Under the pieces are notes generated by a model. That model saw only the letters and a program-made list of their open reading frames with translations, ran no database searches and was not told where the DNA came from. A DNA stretch of 64,000 nt from an uncultured delta proteobacterium (GTDB lineage Bacteria; Desulfobacterota; Binatia; Binatales; Binataceae). The first letter of the stretch is position 1. The number at the start of each line of letters is the position of its first letter. Location: contig CAVQEQ010000001.1 in NCBI GenBank assembly GCA_963711565.1, positions 448,001 through 512,000 on the forward strand, written 5' to 3'. Shown here one piece after another: positions 38,708 to 47,699 of this stretch. The position numbers and the translations under genes are program-made.

Positions 38708-39628
38708 TTGCGTATTGCACTGCTGGGCCAGGCCGCATTCGCGGAAAAAGCGCTCGCGGCGCTCGTCGCTCACGGCGACGAGATCGTGCACGTCTTCGCT
38801 CCCCCCGATCCGCCCGCCGGCAAGCCGGATGCGCTGGCCGCCAAGGCGCGCGCGATGGGTCTGCCGCTGAGCCAGCCCAAGTCGTTCAAGAACGACGCCG
38901 CCTTCGATCACTTCAAAGCGCTGGACGCCGACCTCGCCATCCTCGCCTTCGTCACCCTGATAGTTCCCGAGCGAATCCTCTACGCTCCGCGCTACAAGTC
39001 GATTTGCTTTCATCCGTCCCTGCTCCCGCGCCATCGCGGCGCCAGCGGCATCAACTGGGCAATCATCCAGGGCGACGCGGAGACGGGAGTCACGTGGTTC
39101 TGGCCCGACAAGGGCATCGACACGGGACCGATCCTCGTCCAGAAGCGCGTGCCGATTGCGGAGAACGACACCGTAGGCTCGATTTACTTCAACACGCTCT
39201 TCCCGATGGGTATCGACGCGATGGTCGAAGCGGTCGATCTGATCAAATCGAGCAACGCGCCGTCGATCGTTCAGGACGAGAGTAAGGCAACCTACGAGCA
39301 GCCATGCCGCGACGAGCACGCCAAGATCGATTTCACAAAACCGGCGCGCGAAGTCTTCAACCTGATCCGCGGATGCGACCCGCAACCCGGCGCCTTCGCG
39401 ACCATCGGCGAAAAACGCGTGCGCCTCTACGAAGCGACGTTATCCGCAGGTCGCAATGACGCCGAACCGGGAACGATAACCGCCATAGACGCGGATGGGA
39501 TGACGATCGCGCTCGCAGGCGGCACGATTACGGTAAAGCGAGCGCGAATCGATCCGAATCCGAAAAAGGTAGCGCCAGCCGAGCTAGCATCCTCAGGCGA
39601 CCTTAAAGTCGGCACCAGGCTGACGTAA
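38708..39628 (+). CDS. Formyltransferase family protein (Fmt-like)
   Basis: HPSLLPRHRG, INWAII, IDTGPI and IRGCDPQPGA. Confidence 0.88.
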   Translation: MRIALLGQAAFAEKALAALVAHGDEIVHVFAPPDPPAGKPDALAAKARAMGLPLSQPKSFKNDAAFDHFKALDADLAILAFVTLIVPERILYAPRYKSICFHPSLLPRHRGASGINWAIIQGDAETGVTWFWPDKGIDTGPILVQKRVPIAENDTVGSIYFNTLFPMGIDAMVEAVDLIKSSNAPSIVQDESKATYEQPCRDEHAKIDFTKPAREVFNLIRGCDPQPGAFATIGEKRVRLYEATLSAGRNDAEPGTITAIDADGMTIALAGGTITVKRARIDPNPKKVAPAELASSGDLKVGTRLT

Positions 39629-39636
39629 AGCGACCC

Positions 39637-39698
39637 TCCTAGCCTCCCCCATTATGGGGGGAGGCCGACGCTCGTCTTCGAGCGGCGGGTGGAGGACC
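39637..39698. repeat. REP-like double hairpin (family A)
   Basis: GCCTCCCCC-ATTAT-GGGGGGAGGC, CGCTCGTCTTCGAGCG, GTGGAGGACC. Confidence 0.8.
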
Positions 39699-39729
39699 AA
39701 TTTCCCGAAGTTCTGAATCTGCGGCGCGA

Positions 39730-40047
39730 CTATTTACCCTTAAGCCGAGGATCATCCGCCGCGACGCATTGCGACTCCGCCGTTCGTTTCGTCATTTCGG
39801 ACTTACTCAGCGGATGCATCTTCGCCTTCCGCGTTGCCTCCGCAGCCGCCTGATACTCATCCGGAGTCATCGGATTCTGAATTGCGTCTTTGAGCGAGTC
39901 CCCGCATTTCTTCTCGGAATCGAACTTCACGCCTTTTCTCCATGTCGACAACGGCGCGTGCACATTAACTTTGTTGTCGGCACCGATCGGTGGAATCAGG
40001 AGGTACCATGCAACGATCGCGAGCGCGGTGGCGTGGCGAAGCTTCAT
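39730..40047 (-). CDS. Small secreted protein, WYLxxPP...CxAxDDPRL type
   Basis: MKLRHATALAIVAWYLLIPP N-terminus, two Cys, ends CVAADDPRLKGK. Confidence 0.75.
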   Translation of the reverse strand: MKLRHATALAIVAWYLLIPPIGADNKVNVHAPLSTWRKGVKFDSEKKCGDSLKDAIQNPMTPDEYQAAAEATRKAKMHPLSKSEMTKRTAESQCVAADDPRLKGK

Positions 40048-40213
40048 GCGCGTTCGGTTATCATAGTAGGACGAAATTTATTTCGTCGAGTCTTCAGTTC
40101 CTCCCGGAATCTTTGTTTCCTGCGTGACGGAATAAATTCCCTCCTTTATCCCCGCTATTCCGCCGCATTCCTTTGCGCTACGATTTGTCGCGTTCACGAG
40201 AGGTGTACCTGGC

Positions 40214-41218
40214 ATGCGACTCTGCATCGGCACGGCCAAGGGCATTGTGATTCTGGATCCCGCGCGCGGCGGGGCGCCCCTGATGGTGCTTGCTGACCCG
40301 TCGGCCGTCTGGTGCATGGCGCAGGACAGTGCCGATCGCAATCTCATCTACGCCGGCTCAACCGAGCAAATCCGCGGCAAGGGGACGCTCGCACGCTCGA
40401 CCGACGGCGGCCGCACTTGGACCAACGTCACTCCACCGCTCGCGCGCGAAGAAGAAGTCTGGTCGGTCGCGACCTCACCCGCCGTGAAGGATCGCGTGTT
40501 CATCGGCACCTCGCACGCGCGCCTGTTCCGCAGCGACGATCGCGGCCGCATCTTCAAGGAGTCCGACGGCTTCCTGCGAATCCCCGGCCGGGACCGCTGG
40601 ACGTTCCCGCCGCCGCCGCACATTCCGCACGTGCGCTCGATCGCGTTCGACCCTCATGAGCCATCCACGATGTACGTTGGCGTCGAGGAGGGCGGTATCT
40701 TCCGTTCGCGCAACGAGGGCGCGACCTTCGAGCCGCTCAACGACGGCCTCTATGAAGACATTCACACCGTCGCGGTGGATTCGCGCGATTCGCGCCGCCT
40801 CTACGCCACCACCGGCGCCGGCTTCTACCTGTCCGCCAATGCGGGCAAGTCGTGGCAGCACGTGACGAATGGGCTCAATCGCACTTACACGATTCCCCTG
40901 CTGGTCAGCGCTCACGACCGCGACGACGTTTTCACGGCGGCGGCGATGGGCCCGCCGCCCAGCTGGCGGGGCGGACCGACCGGCGCGGACGCGATGCTGT
41001 TTCGCAGCGCCGATCGTGGCGAGAGTTTCACGCCGATTTCCGGCGAACAGAATTTCGGACGCGGGATGGTGATGCGGATGAAGGCCGATCCGGAGAACGG
41101 CGGCTTCTTCGCGGTATGCAACGACGGCGCCGTCATTCGCGCAAGCACCGACGGGTCGTCACTGGCGACGATCGCCGAGAAACTACCGTCCGCGTACGAC
41201 CTCGCGATAATTCCATGA
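40214..41218 (+). CDS. BNR/Asp-box beta-propeller protein
   Basis: Repeated RSxDxGxTW/F Asp boxes. Confidence 0.88.
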   Translation: MRLCIGTAKGIVILDPARGGAPLMVLADPSAVWCMAQDSADRNLIYAGSTEQIRGKGTLARSTDGGRTWTNVTPPLAREEEVWSVATSPAVKDRVFIGTSHARLFRSDDRGRIFKESDGFLRIPGRDRWTFPPPPHIPHVRSIAFDPHEPSTMYVGVEEGGIFRSRNEGATFEPLNDGLYEDIHTVAVDSRDSRRLYATTGAGFYLSANAGKSWQHVTNGLNRTYTIPLLVSAHDRDDVFTAAAMGPPPSWRGGPTGADAMLFRSADRGESFTPISGEQNFGRGMVMRMKADPENGGFFAVCNDGAVIRASTDGSSLATIAEKLPSAYDLAIIP

Positions 41219-41243
41219 CCCACGCACCGGCCGCCGGAGCAAC

Positions 41244-41648
41244 TTGACCATCTTCGACCCCTTGGGATTGAGCGCGCTGGGATGCGGCATCTTCGTCGCG
41301 CGCTACGTCTTCGCCAGGATCGAGAAGCGCACCGTCCGCATTTCCGATCCCAAAGCATCGACTCGCCTGCCGAGCCACATCGACACCGAGCGGCTGCTCT
41401 TCATGGTCTTCGGCACCGAATGGGTCGTGCTGGCGATCTTCGTGTTTGCTGACCGGCTGCCCGGCGAGCTTCAGAGATTTGTCAGGCTCGGCTGCGCGTC
41501 ATCGGCCGCTGCGCTGATCCTCTTCCACGTGCTGTGCGTGATTCGATTGAGGCGCCTCGGCTTGTTCGACCCGCACGACGAAAGCTACCGTCCCGGACAC
41601 GGCCCGAAGCGCGCGCGTCAGCGCCCCCGCCGCCGCGCCCCCGAATGA
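41244..41648 (+). CDS. Hypothetical membrane protein
   Basis: Three hydrophobic segments; TTG start after GGAG. Confidence 0.6.
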   Translation: MTIFDPLGLSALGCGIFVARYVFARIEKRTVRISDPKASTRLPSHIDTERLLFMVFGTEWVVLAIFVFADRLPGELQRFVRLGCASSAAALILFHVLCVIRLRRLGLFDPHDESYRPGHGPKRARQRPRRRAPE

Positions 41649-41679
41649 TCTGAAGGTAGCAACCCGAGCACGTTTAATT

Positions 41680-41871
41680 TGTCATCTTGACGAAGCGAGC
41701 AACGCGAGCGGCAGGAAGAAGCCTGTCTGAGCATAGCCGAAGGAATTTCGGACAGCGGCGCGCTCTAGTTTGTCACCCTGACGACGGGAGCGTTAGCGAC
41801 GGGAGGAACGGGCCTCGGACAGCGGCGCGTAAGCGCCGCCGGTACCGGTTTTGCAAATCGCGCAGCGCTCC
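41680..41871 (+). repeat. Tandem REP-like elements (family B)
   Basis: TGTCA-initiated units at 41680 and 41771; 41771-41871 is homologous to 60673-60778. Confidence 0.75.
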
Positions 41872-41918
41872 GTCTTCTGCTTTTGTCCTGATTGGTCTCA
41901 TCGCGAAAACGGTCCATC

Positions 41919-42770
41919 TCATCCCTCACTCGTAATTCTGAACAACTCGCGCGCCTCTCCAAGACCCTTGAGTTCGTGGACTCCCGCCGATTCGAGTGCG
42001 ATCCCCGAGCCTTCCAGCAGATGCTTTGTGGTTGCCGATACCAGCACTTCGCCGGCCGCCGCCACACCGGCAACTCGTGCGGTCTCGTGTACCGCCAAAC
42101 CTCTCACATTGTCGCCCACGAACTCGACCTCGCCGGTGTGAACCCCGGCGCGAATCGCAATGCCGAGTTTTGAGACCGAGCGGCCGATCGCTCGCGCGCA
42201 TCGAACCGCTCGCGCGGGGCCGTCGAACACCGCAAGGAAACCGTCGCCGGTCGTCTGGATCTCGCGACCGCGAAAGCGGTTCAGCTCGAGCCGTGTCTGG
42301 TTGTTATGCTCCAACAGCAGCTCACGCCACGCTGAATCGCCAAGCCGCCTGAGATGCTCGGTCGAGCCCACGATATCGGTGCATAGCATCGCGGCGAGCA
42401 TGCGGTCGGCGTCCGCGGGTATCGCGTAAACCTGTGCGCTCGCGAACTCGATCGCCTCGAAAGCCTCATCGCCGGGAACCGTGGCGTCGTGACCGGGCGG
42501 AACCTCATAGACGTCGTCAACTTCGAATTCGCGCACCTCGCCCGTCTCCAATTCCACCCGGAGCCGTCCTCGGAGAACCACGCCCAGATGATGGATTTGG
42601 CACCAACGCGTGCCCGCTATCGGCCCAACGTCGCGCGACCAGTGCCAACCGGGCTCCAGCACGAATCGGCCAATCGTGGTTTCGCCATGAGATACGTTGG
42701 CGATATGCCCGTTGGGAAAGCGCCGCACCTGATCTGGATTACGGAAATTCTTTGCCTGGAGACGCGACAT
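41919..42770 (-). CDS. Cupin-class III nucleotide cyclase fusion
   Basis: N-terminal cupin (LEPGWHWS, CQIHH, PPGHDA); cyclase TDIVGST, TGDGF, RAGVHTGE, VHETARV. Confidence 0.85.
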   Translation of the reverse strand: MSRLQAKNFRNPDQVRRFPNGHIANVSHGETTIGRFVLEPGWHWSRDVGPIAGTRWCQIHHLGVVLRGRLRVELETGEVREFEVDDVYEVPPGHDATVPGDEAFEAIEFASAQVYAIPADADRMLAAMLCTDIVGSTEHLRRLGDSAWRELLLEHNNQTRLELNRFRGREIQTTGDGFLAVFDGPARAVRCARAIGRSVSKLGIAIRAGVHTGEVEFVGDNVRGLAVHETARVAGVAAAGEVLVSATTKHLLEGSGIALESAGVHELKGLGEARELFRITSEG

Positions 42771-42774
42771 TGGA

Positions 42775-43584
42775 TTACCTCAGCTCCACCGGAGTCTGCC
42801 CCTCGACCACCCGCTTCGCGATTATCGCCGCCGTCGATCGCGGCACAATCCTGACCGCATTCGCCCGCACCCAGTTGAACCATCCTGAGATGACGCTCGG
42901 ATGCTTCCCCAACGCGTCGAGCGCGACCCTCACCACATTCTCCGCCGGCTCGCCGTGATCGGTGCCGACGCTCTCTCCCGCCACTGATTGGAATTCGGTC
43001 GCTGTCGGCCCCGGCTCGATCACGAGCGCATCGACGCCCGTCCCGCGCAGCTCACCCCACAATCCCTCGCCAAACAGCAAGTCGAATCCCTTGGTCGCGC
43101 TGTACACCGCATGCAGCGGCAGCGGCTGGCGTCCCGCGACACTGCCCACGACGATCACCGCGCCGCGCCCGCGCTTCACCATCCCTGGGATGATGCGGCT
43201 GGTCAGCACCACCGGCACCACGCAGTTGACGACCACCATCGAGCGCAGCCTGTCCGTCGCGAGCTTGTCGAAACGTCCCGCGTAACCGAAGCCCGCGTTG
43301 TTAACGAGCACCGCGATCTCCAAATCCGCGACCGCGTCTGCCAGCCGATCCACGCCGTCATTCGCCGCGAGATCGACGGCGACCACGCGCGTATTCACGT
43401 GATACTTCTCCTTGATCTCGCCAGCCAGCGCATTCAGCCGATCCTCACGCCGCGCCGTCAGCACAATCGACATGCCCTCGCGCGCGAGCGCCCGCGCAAA
43501 CTCAAGCCCAATCCCCGCCGACGCCCCCGTCACCAGCGCCCACTCGCCATACTTCTCCCGATACTTGCGCCCATTATCCGCCAT
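42775..43584 (-). CDS. SDR family oxidoreductase
   Basis: TGASAGIG, NNAG and YSATK. Confidence 0.93.
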   Translation of the reverse strand: MADNGRKYREKYGEWALVTGASAGIGLEFARALAREGMSIVLTARREDRLNALAGEIKEKYHVNTRVVAVDLAANDGVDRLADAVADLEIAVLVNNAGFGYAGRFDKLATDRLRSMVVVNCVVPVVLTSRIIPGMVKRGRGAVIVVGSVAGRQPLPLHAVYSATKGFDLLFGEGLWGELRGTGVDALVIEPGPTATEFQSVAGESVGTDHGEPAENVVRVALDALGKHPSVISGWFNWVRANAVRIVPRSTAAIIAKRVVEGQTPVELR

Positions 43585-43625
43585 CGCGATTTCCTCCAGA
43601 AGAATTTTGCGCGCCCCGCGCTTCT

Positions 43626-43664
43626 CTTCCCCTCTCCAGAAGGGAGAGGGGCCAGGGGTGAGGT
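43626..43664. repeat. REP-like hairpin (family A variant)
   Basis: CCCCTCTCC-AGAA-GGGAGAGGGG..AGGGGTGAGG; copies at 58576 and 58638. Confidence 0.75.
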
Positions 43665-43747
43665 GACTCCTTCACACCGCGCTGTCCGACTAGTATCTAG
43701 CAGCTTATGAGGCCGCAATCCTGCCTACCAAAACCTGGAGCACACCG

Positions 43748-44599
43748 ATGCAACAATCGATCTCGAAGGCAGTCCTAATCACCGGATGCTCGACCGGAAT
43801 CGGCCGCGCCACCGCCGAGCATCTCGCAACTCGCGGATGGAACGTGTACGCGACCGCGCGCAAGCCCGAGTCGATCGCCGACCTCGCGTCGCGCGGATGC
43901 AAAACGCTCGCGCTCGACGTCTGCGACGAAGCCTCGATGCGTGCGGCCGTCGCCACCGTCGAGCGTGACGAAGGCAGTGTCGGCGTGCTCATCAACAACG
44001 CCGGCTACGGCCTCGAAGGTGCGTTCGAGGAGGTGCCGATGGCCGACATTCGCCGCCAGTTCGAGACCAACGTGTTCGGGTTGATCGCGATGACCAAGCT
44101 CGTGCTGCCGGGGATGCGCCGTCAGCGATGGGGCCGTGTGGTCAATCTAAGCTCGATGGGCGGCAAGCTCACGCTCCCCGGCGGCGCTTACTATCACGCG
44201 ACCAAGCACGCGGTCGAAGCGCTCAGCGACGCGCTCCGGTTCGAGGTGAAAGGCTTTGGCATCAACGTCATCGTCATCCAGCCCGGCCCAATCAAAACGC
44301 GCTTCGGCGACACCGCCGTCGGCAGTATCGCGATGCCCAAGGATTCGCCGTACGCCGACTTCAACGCAGTACTCGAAAAACAGATCCGCGAAGCCTACGA
44401 AGGCGGCCCGATGGCCCGCTTCGCCGCCCCGCCCGAAGCAGTCGCAGGGGTAATCGAAAAAGCCATCACCGCTGCGAGCCCAAAAACCCGCTACAAAGTA
44501 ACTTTAGCCGCGCGCGTGCTGATGGGCCTGCGCCGATGGCTCCCCGACCGCGCCTTCGACGCCTTCCTACGCACGCAGTTCCCCCCACCGAGTCCCTGA
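43748..44599 (+). CDS. SDR family oxidoreductase
   Basis: TGCSTGIG, NNAGYG and YHATK. Confidence 0.93.
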   Translation: MQQSISKAVLITGCSTGIGRATAEHLATRGWNVYATARKPESIADLASRGCKTLALDVCDEASMRAAVATVERDEGSVGVLINNAGYGLEGAFEEVPMADIRRQFETNVFGLIAMTKLVLPGMRRQRWGRVVNLSSMGGKLTLPGGAYYHATKHAVEALSDALRFEVKGFGINVIVIQPGPIKTRFGDTAVGSIAMPKDSPYADFNAVLEKQIREAYEGGPMARFAAPPEAVAGVIEKAITAASPKTRYKVTLAARVLMGLRRWLPDRAFDAFLRTQFPPPSP

Positions 44600-44620
44600 C
44601 CTCAAACAGCTAACTCCAAG

Positions 44621-44683
44621 TCCTCGCCTCCCCCTAATGTTGAGGGAGGCCGCCTCTCGTCTTCGAGCGGCGGGTGGAGGATC
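44621..44683. repeat. REP-like double hairpin (family A)
   Basis: Near-identical to the 35533 and 39637 elements. Confidence 0.8.
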
Positions 44684-44726
44684 TTTGATTCCGAACTTTG
44701 TGTTCTCTCCTGCAAATTCGGCGGCC

Positions 44727-44754
44727 TTGACAGCATAGCGAAGAAAAAGCGAAG
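44727..44754 (+). promoter_or_regulatory. TTGACA -35 followed by a direct repeat (candidate SOS box)
   Basis: TTGACA at 44727; AGCGAAG at 44737 and 44748 (11-bp period). Confidence 0.5.
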
Positions 44755-44770
44755 ATAGCCATGCCGTCAC

Positions 44771-45760
44771 ATGAACACCGCCGCCACACTGCCCCTTTAC
44801 TCGCCCCCGCCAGACAACCTCGACGCGACCCGCGGCGTCGAGTTTATCGCGATGCCGGTGCGCCAGATTCTCAATCGATGCGACAGCCCGCGCATGCCGT
44901 TTCGATGGACTATCAACCCATATCGCGGCTGCGAGTTCGGATGCGTGTACTGCTACGCGCGCTATACTCACGACTTTCTCGAATTGCGCGACCCGATGGA
45001 CTTCGAGCGCAAGATTTTCGTCAAGCGGATGGCGGCCGAGGTGCTGTCGCGCACGCTCTCACGCACCCCAATCGGCACCGACGCTATCGCCATCGGCACC
45101 GCAACCGATCCCTATCAGCCCGCCGAGCGCAAGTACGGGCTGACGCGCTCGATGCTCGAGGTCTTCGCGAATCTCTCGGGCCTCGACCTGTCGATCACCA
45201 CCAAGTCGAGCCTGATCGTTCGCGACCTCGAGTTGCTGCGAAAGATCAACCGGCGCTCGAAGCTGTCGGTGAACTTCTCGCTGATAACGCTCGACCGCAA
45301 GCTGCAGCGCATCCTCGAGCCGCGCGCGCCGCGACCCGGCCTGCGGCTCCGCGCGTTGTTCGAGCTGGCGGGCGCGGGAATCCGATGCAACGTGCTGATG
45401 ATGCCGATGATACCCGGTCTGACCGACGATCCCGCGGCGATCGAGAACGTGATTCGCGCCGCGCGTCGCGCGAACGCGTCGGGCGTATGGTGGCGTTCGC
45501 TGTTTCTAAAGCCCGCAGCCGCGCGCCGCTTCATTCCGTTCGTCAAGGAGCGTTTCCCCCACCTGGCGGAGCGCATCGACATGTTCTACGGCCGCGCCGA
45601 ATACGCACCGCAAGCCTACGACGATCGCATGCGCCGGATTTTCGATCGCATCCGCGAGCGCTACGGCTTCCCCATCAGCAACGAGCACCATATGGTGCAA
45701 CCTCCCGTTGCGCCGCAGCCGCCTCCCGCTCAACTCGACTTGCAATTGACCGGATGTTAG
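44771..45760 (+). CDS. Radical SAM protein, Rv2578c/SplB-like
   Basis: NPYRGCEFGCVYCYAR, GTATDPYQPAE, TTKS and LEPRA. Confidence 0.92.
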   Translation: MNTAATLPLYSPPPDNLDATRGVEFIAMPVRQILNRCDSPRMPFRWTINPYRGCEFGCVYCYARYTHDFLELRDPMDFERKIFVKRMAAEVLSRTLSRTPIGTDAIAIGTATDPYQPAERKYGLTRSMLEVFANLSGLDLSITTKSSLIVRDLELLRKINRRSKLSVNFSLITLDRKLQRILEPRAPRPGLRLRALFELAGAGIRCNVLMMPMIPGLTDDPAAIENVIRAARRANASGVWWRSLFLKPAAARRFIPFVKERFPHLAERIDMFYGRAEYAPQAYDDRMRRIFDRIRERYGFPISNEHHMVQPPVAPQPPPAQLDLQLTGC

Positions 45761-45814
45761 CAGCTATCGCGTGTGTGGTAGCCTAAGTGATAGATAGTTT
45801 GTCGCGAGATACAT

Positions 45815-46564
45815 ATGGGAGATAAATCGTCAATTGAGTGGACGGATGCGACGTGGAACCCCGTCACCGGCTGCACGAAGGTCAGCCCCGGCTGCAAGCA
45901 CTGCTACGCGGAGAGACTGGCCCGTAGACTTCACGCCATGGGAAATCCCCGATACCGCAACAGCTTCCAGACAACACTTCACTCCGATCAGATAGATCTC
46001 CCTTTAAAGTGGCGCCAACCGCGCAGAATCTTCGTGAACAGCATGAGCGACTTATTTCACGATGACGTCCCTGACGCTTTCATCGAGCGCGTTTTTGCAA
46101 CGATGGGGAGAGCTTCGTGGCATGTGTTTCAAATCCTCACCAAGAGGGCAGAACGACTCGCCGAAATGGCGACGCAGCTTCAGTGGCCGGGGAATGTGTG
46201 GCAGGGAGTCTCTACGGAGAGTCAGGAGTACGTCTACCGGATTCAGCTACTGAGGCAAGTGCCGGCCGCTGTAAGATTCGTATCAGTGGAGCCTATGCTA
46301 GGGCGGATTAAACGGCTACCGCTTCGCGGAATTCATTGGGTGATCGTGGGTGGCGAAAGTGGCCCCAACTTCCGTCGAATCGATCCCGATTGGGTGCGAG
46401 AAATTCGCGACCAGTGCTTGGCAGCTAAGGTTCCATTTTTCTTCAAGCAGTGGGGTGGCTTCAGACCAAAGTCCGGAGGTCGCAAGCTAGAAGGCAGAAC
46501 TTGGGACGAGAGTCCTCCAGCGCCTCCCCTCGGAGCCGCTGAAATTCGCGAGCACCGTGTGTGA
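45815..46564 (+). CDS. DUF5131 (phage Gp37/Gp68) three-Cys protein
   Basis: [45 protein letters not shown] and FFFKQWGG. Confidence 0.93.
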   Translation: MGDKSSIEWTDATWNPVTGCTKVSPGCKHCYAERLARRLHAMGNPRYRNSFQTTLHSDQIDLPLKWRQPRRIFVNSMSDLFHDDVPDAFIERVFATMGRASWHVFQILTKRAERLAEMATQLQWPGNVWQGVSTESQEYVYRIQLLRQVPAAVRFVSVEPMLGRIKRLPLRGIHWVIVGGESGPNFRRIDPDWVREIRDQCLAAKVPFFFKQWGGFRPKSGGRKLEGRTWDESPPAPPLGAAEIREHRV

Positions 46565-47678
46565 CCGCTCCTCGCGATACAACTTGGCCGATCGAAGCGC
46601 ACACCCTGACCAAGCACAGGATTCTGGAGCGATATCTTCAGGGCTGGTTGCCCGTGATGGCCAAGACAAACGGCCGGATCCATTTTCTCGATGGATTCGC
46701 TGGACCGGGGCGCTATAGCGGCGGTGAAATCGGTTCGCCGCTGATTGCGTTACAATCGTTACTGAGGCACCCGCACTTCGCGAGGGCAAACAACCAGCGC
46801 GAGGTCGTATTTTCCTTCTTCGAGCAAGATAAGAGACGGGCAGACGCTCTACGGGAAGAGCTGAAGCGAGTTACTCTTCCGAAATGGGTTAGCTGCACTG
46901 TGCTCGACGGCGAGTTTGCCCCGCTGCTGTCCTCCATTCTGGATAAATTCGAGGCGGAAGGAAATCAGCTCGCTCCCACATTTGCGTTCGTCGACCCCTT
47001 TGGCTTCGCCGGGGTGCCGATGGACCTGATAGCTCGGATCGCGAGAAATGCAAAGTGTGAATGCTTCATCAATTTCATGTACGAGGAAGTAAACCGATTT
47101 CTGAGCGTTCCAGCCGTTGCCGAACACTATGACGCGCTCTTCGGAACACCAAGATGGCGTGAAATTGTTGATGAAACCGACCCCGACAGACGCAGGGACA
47201 GAATCGCGGATCTCTACCGAAAGCAACTAGAAACGGTCGCGGGCTTCAAATACGTCCGCGAGTTCCAAATGGTGAACCGGGGAAATAGAACGAAGTACTT
47301 TCTCTACTTCGCCACAAAAAGCGAGAAGGACTAAGCTTAATGAAAGCAGCTATGTGGAAGGCCGACCCGGGAGGTGGAGCGATCTTCTCCGACCGAACGA
47401 ACGAAGGCCAAATCGTACTATTCGGACCGTCGCCTAATCTCGCGTTACTCAGATCGATGTTGACACAGCGGTTCCGAGGACAAGGTCTGACGGACATAAG
47501 CGAGATTGAAAGATACGTTCTCATTGATACGCCTTTCTCAGAAACCATGCATTTGAAGAAAGCGACCTTGGGGCCAATGGAAAAAAATGAGCCCAAGTTG
47601 ATTGAAGTTCATCGTCCGATGGGCAAAACCAATCGGGCCGGCAGTTATCCACCGGGTACAAAGATAAAATTCATTTGA
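46561..47678 (+). CDS. tcmP: Three-Cys-motif partner protein TcmP; 1-nt frameshift at ~47328
   Basis: HT..KH.IL..YL..W, DGFAGPG, GSP and FVDPFG; one added G restores [14 protein letters not shown] and joins ORF 47340-47678. Confidence 0.85.
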
Positions 47679-47699
47679 AATGGGTATCGCTTCCGCCCG

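Noticed and set aside
45815-46564. Prophage based on the Gp37/Gp68 annotation
   Set aside because: No structural, terminase or integrase genes nearby
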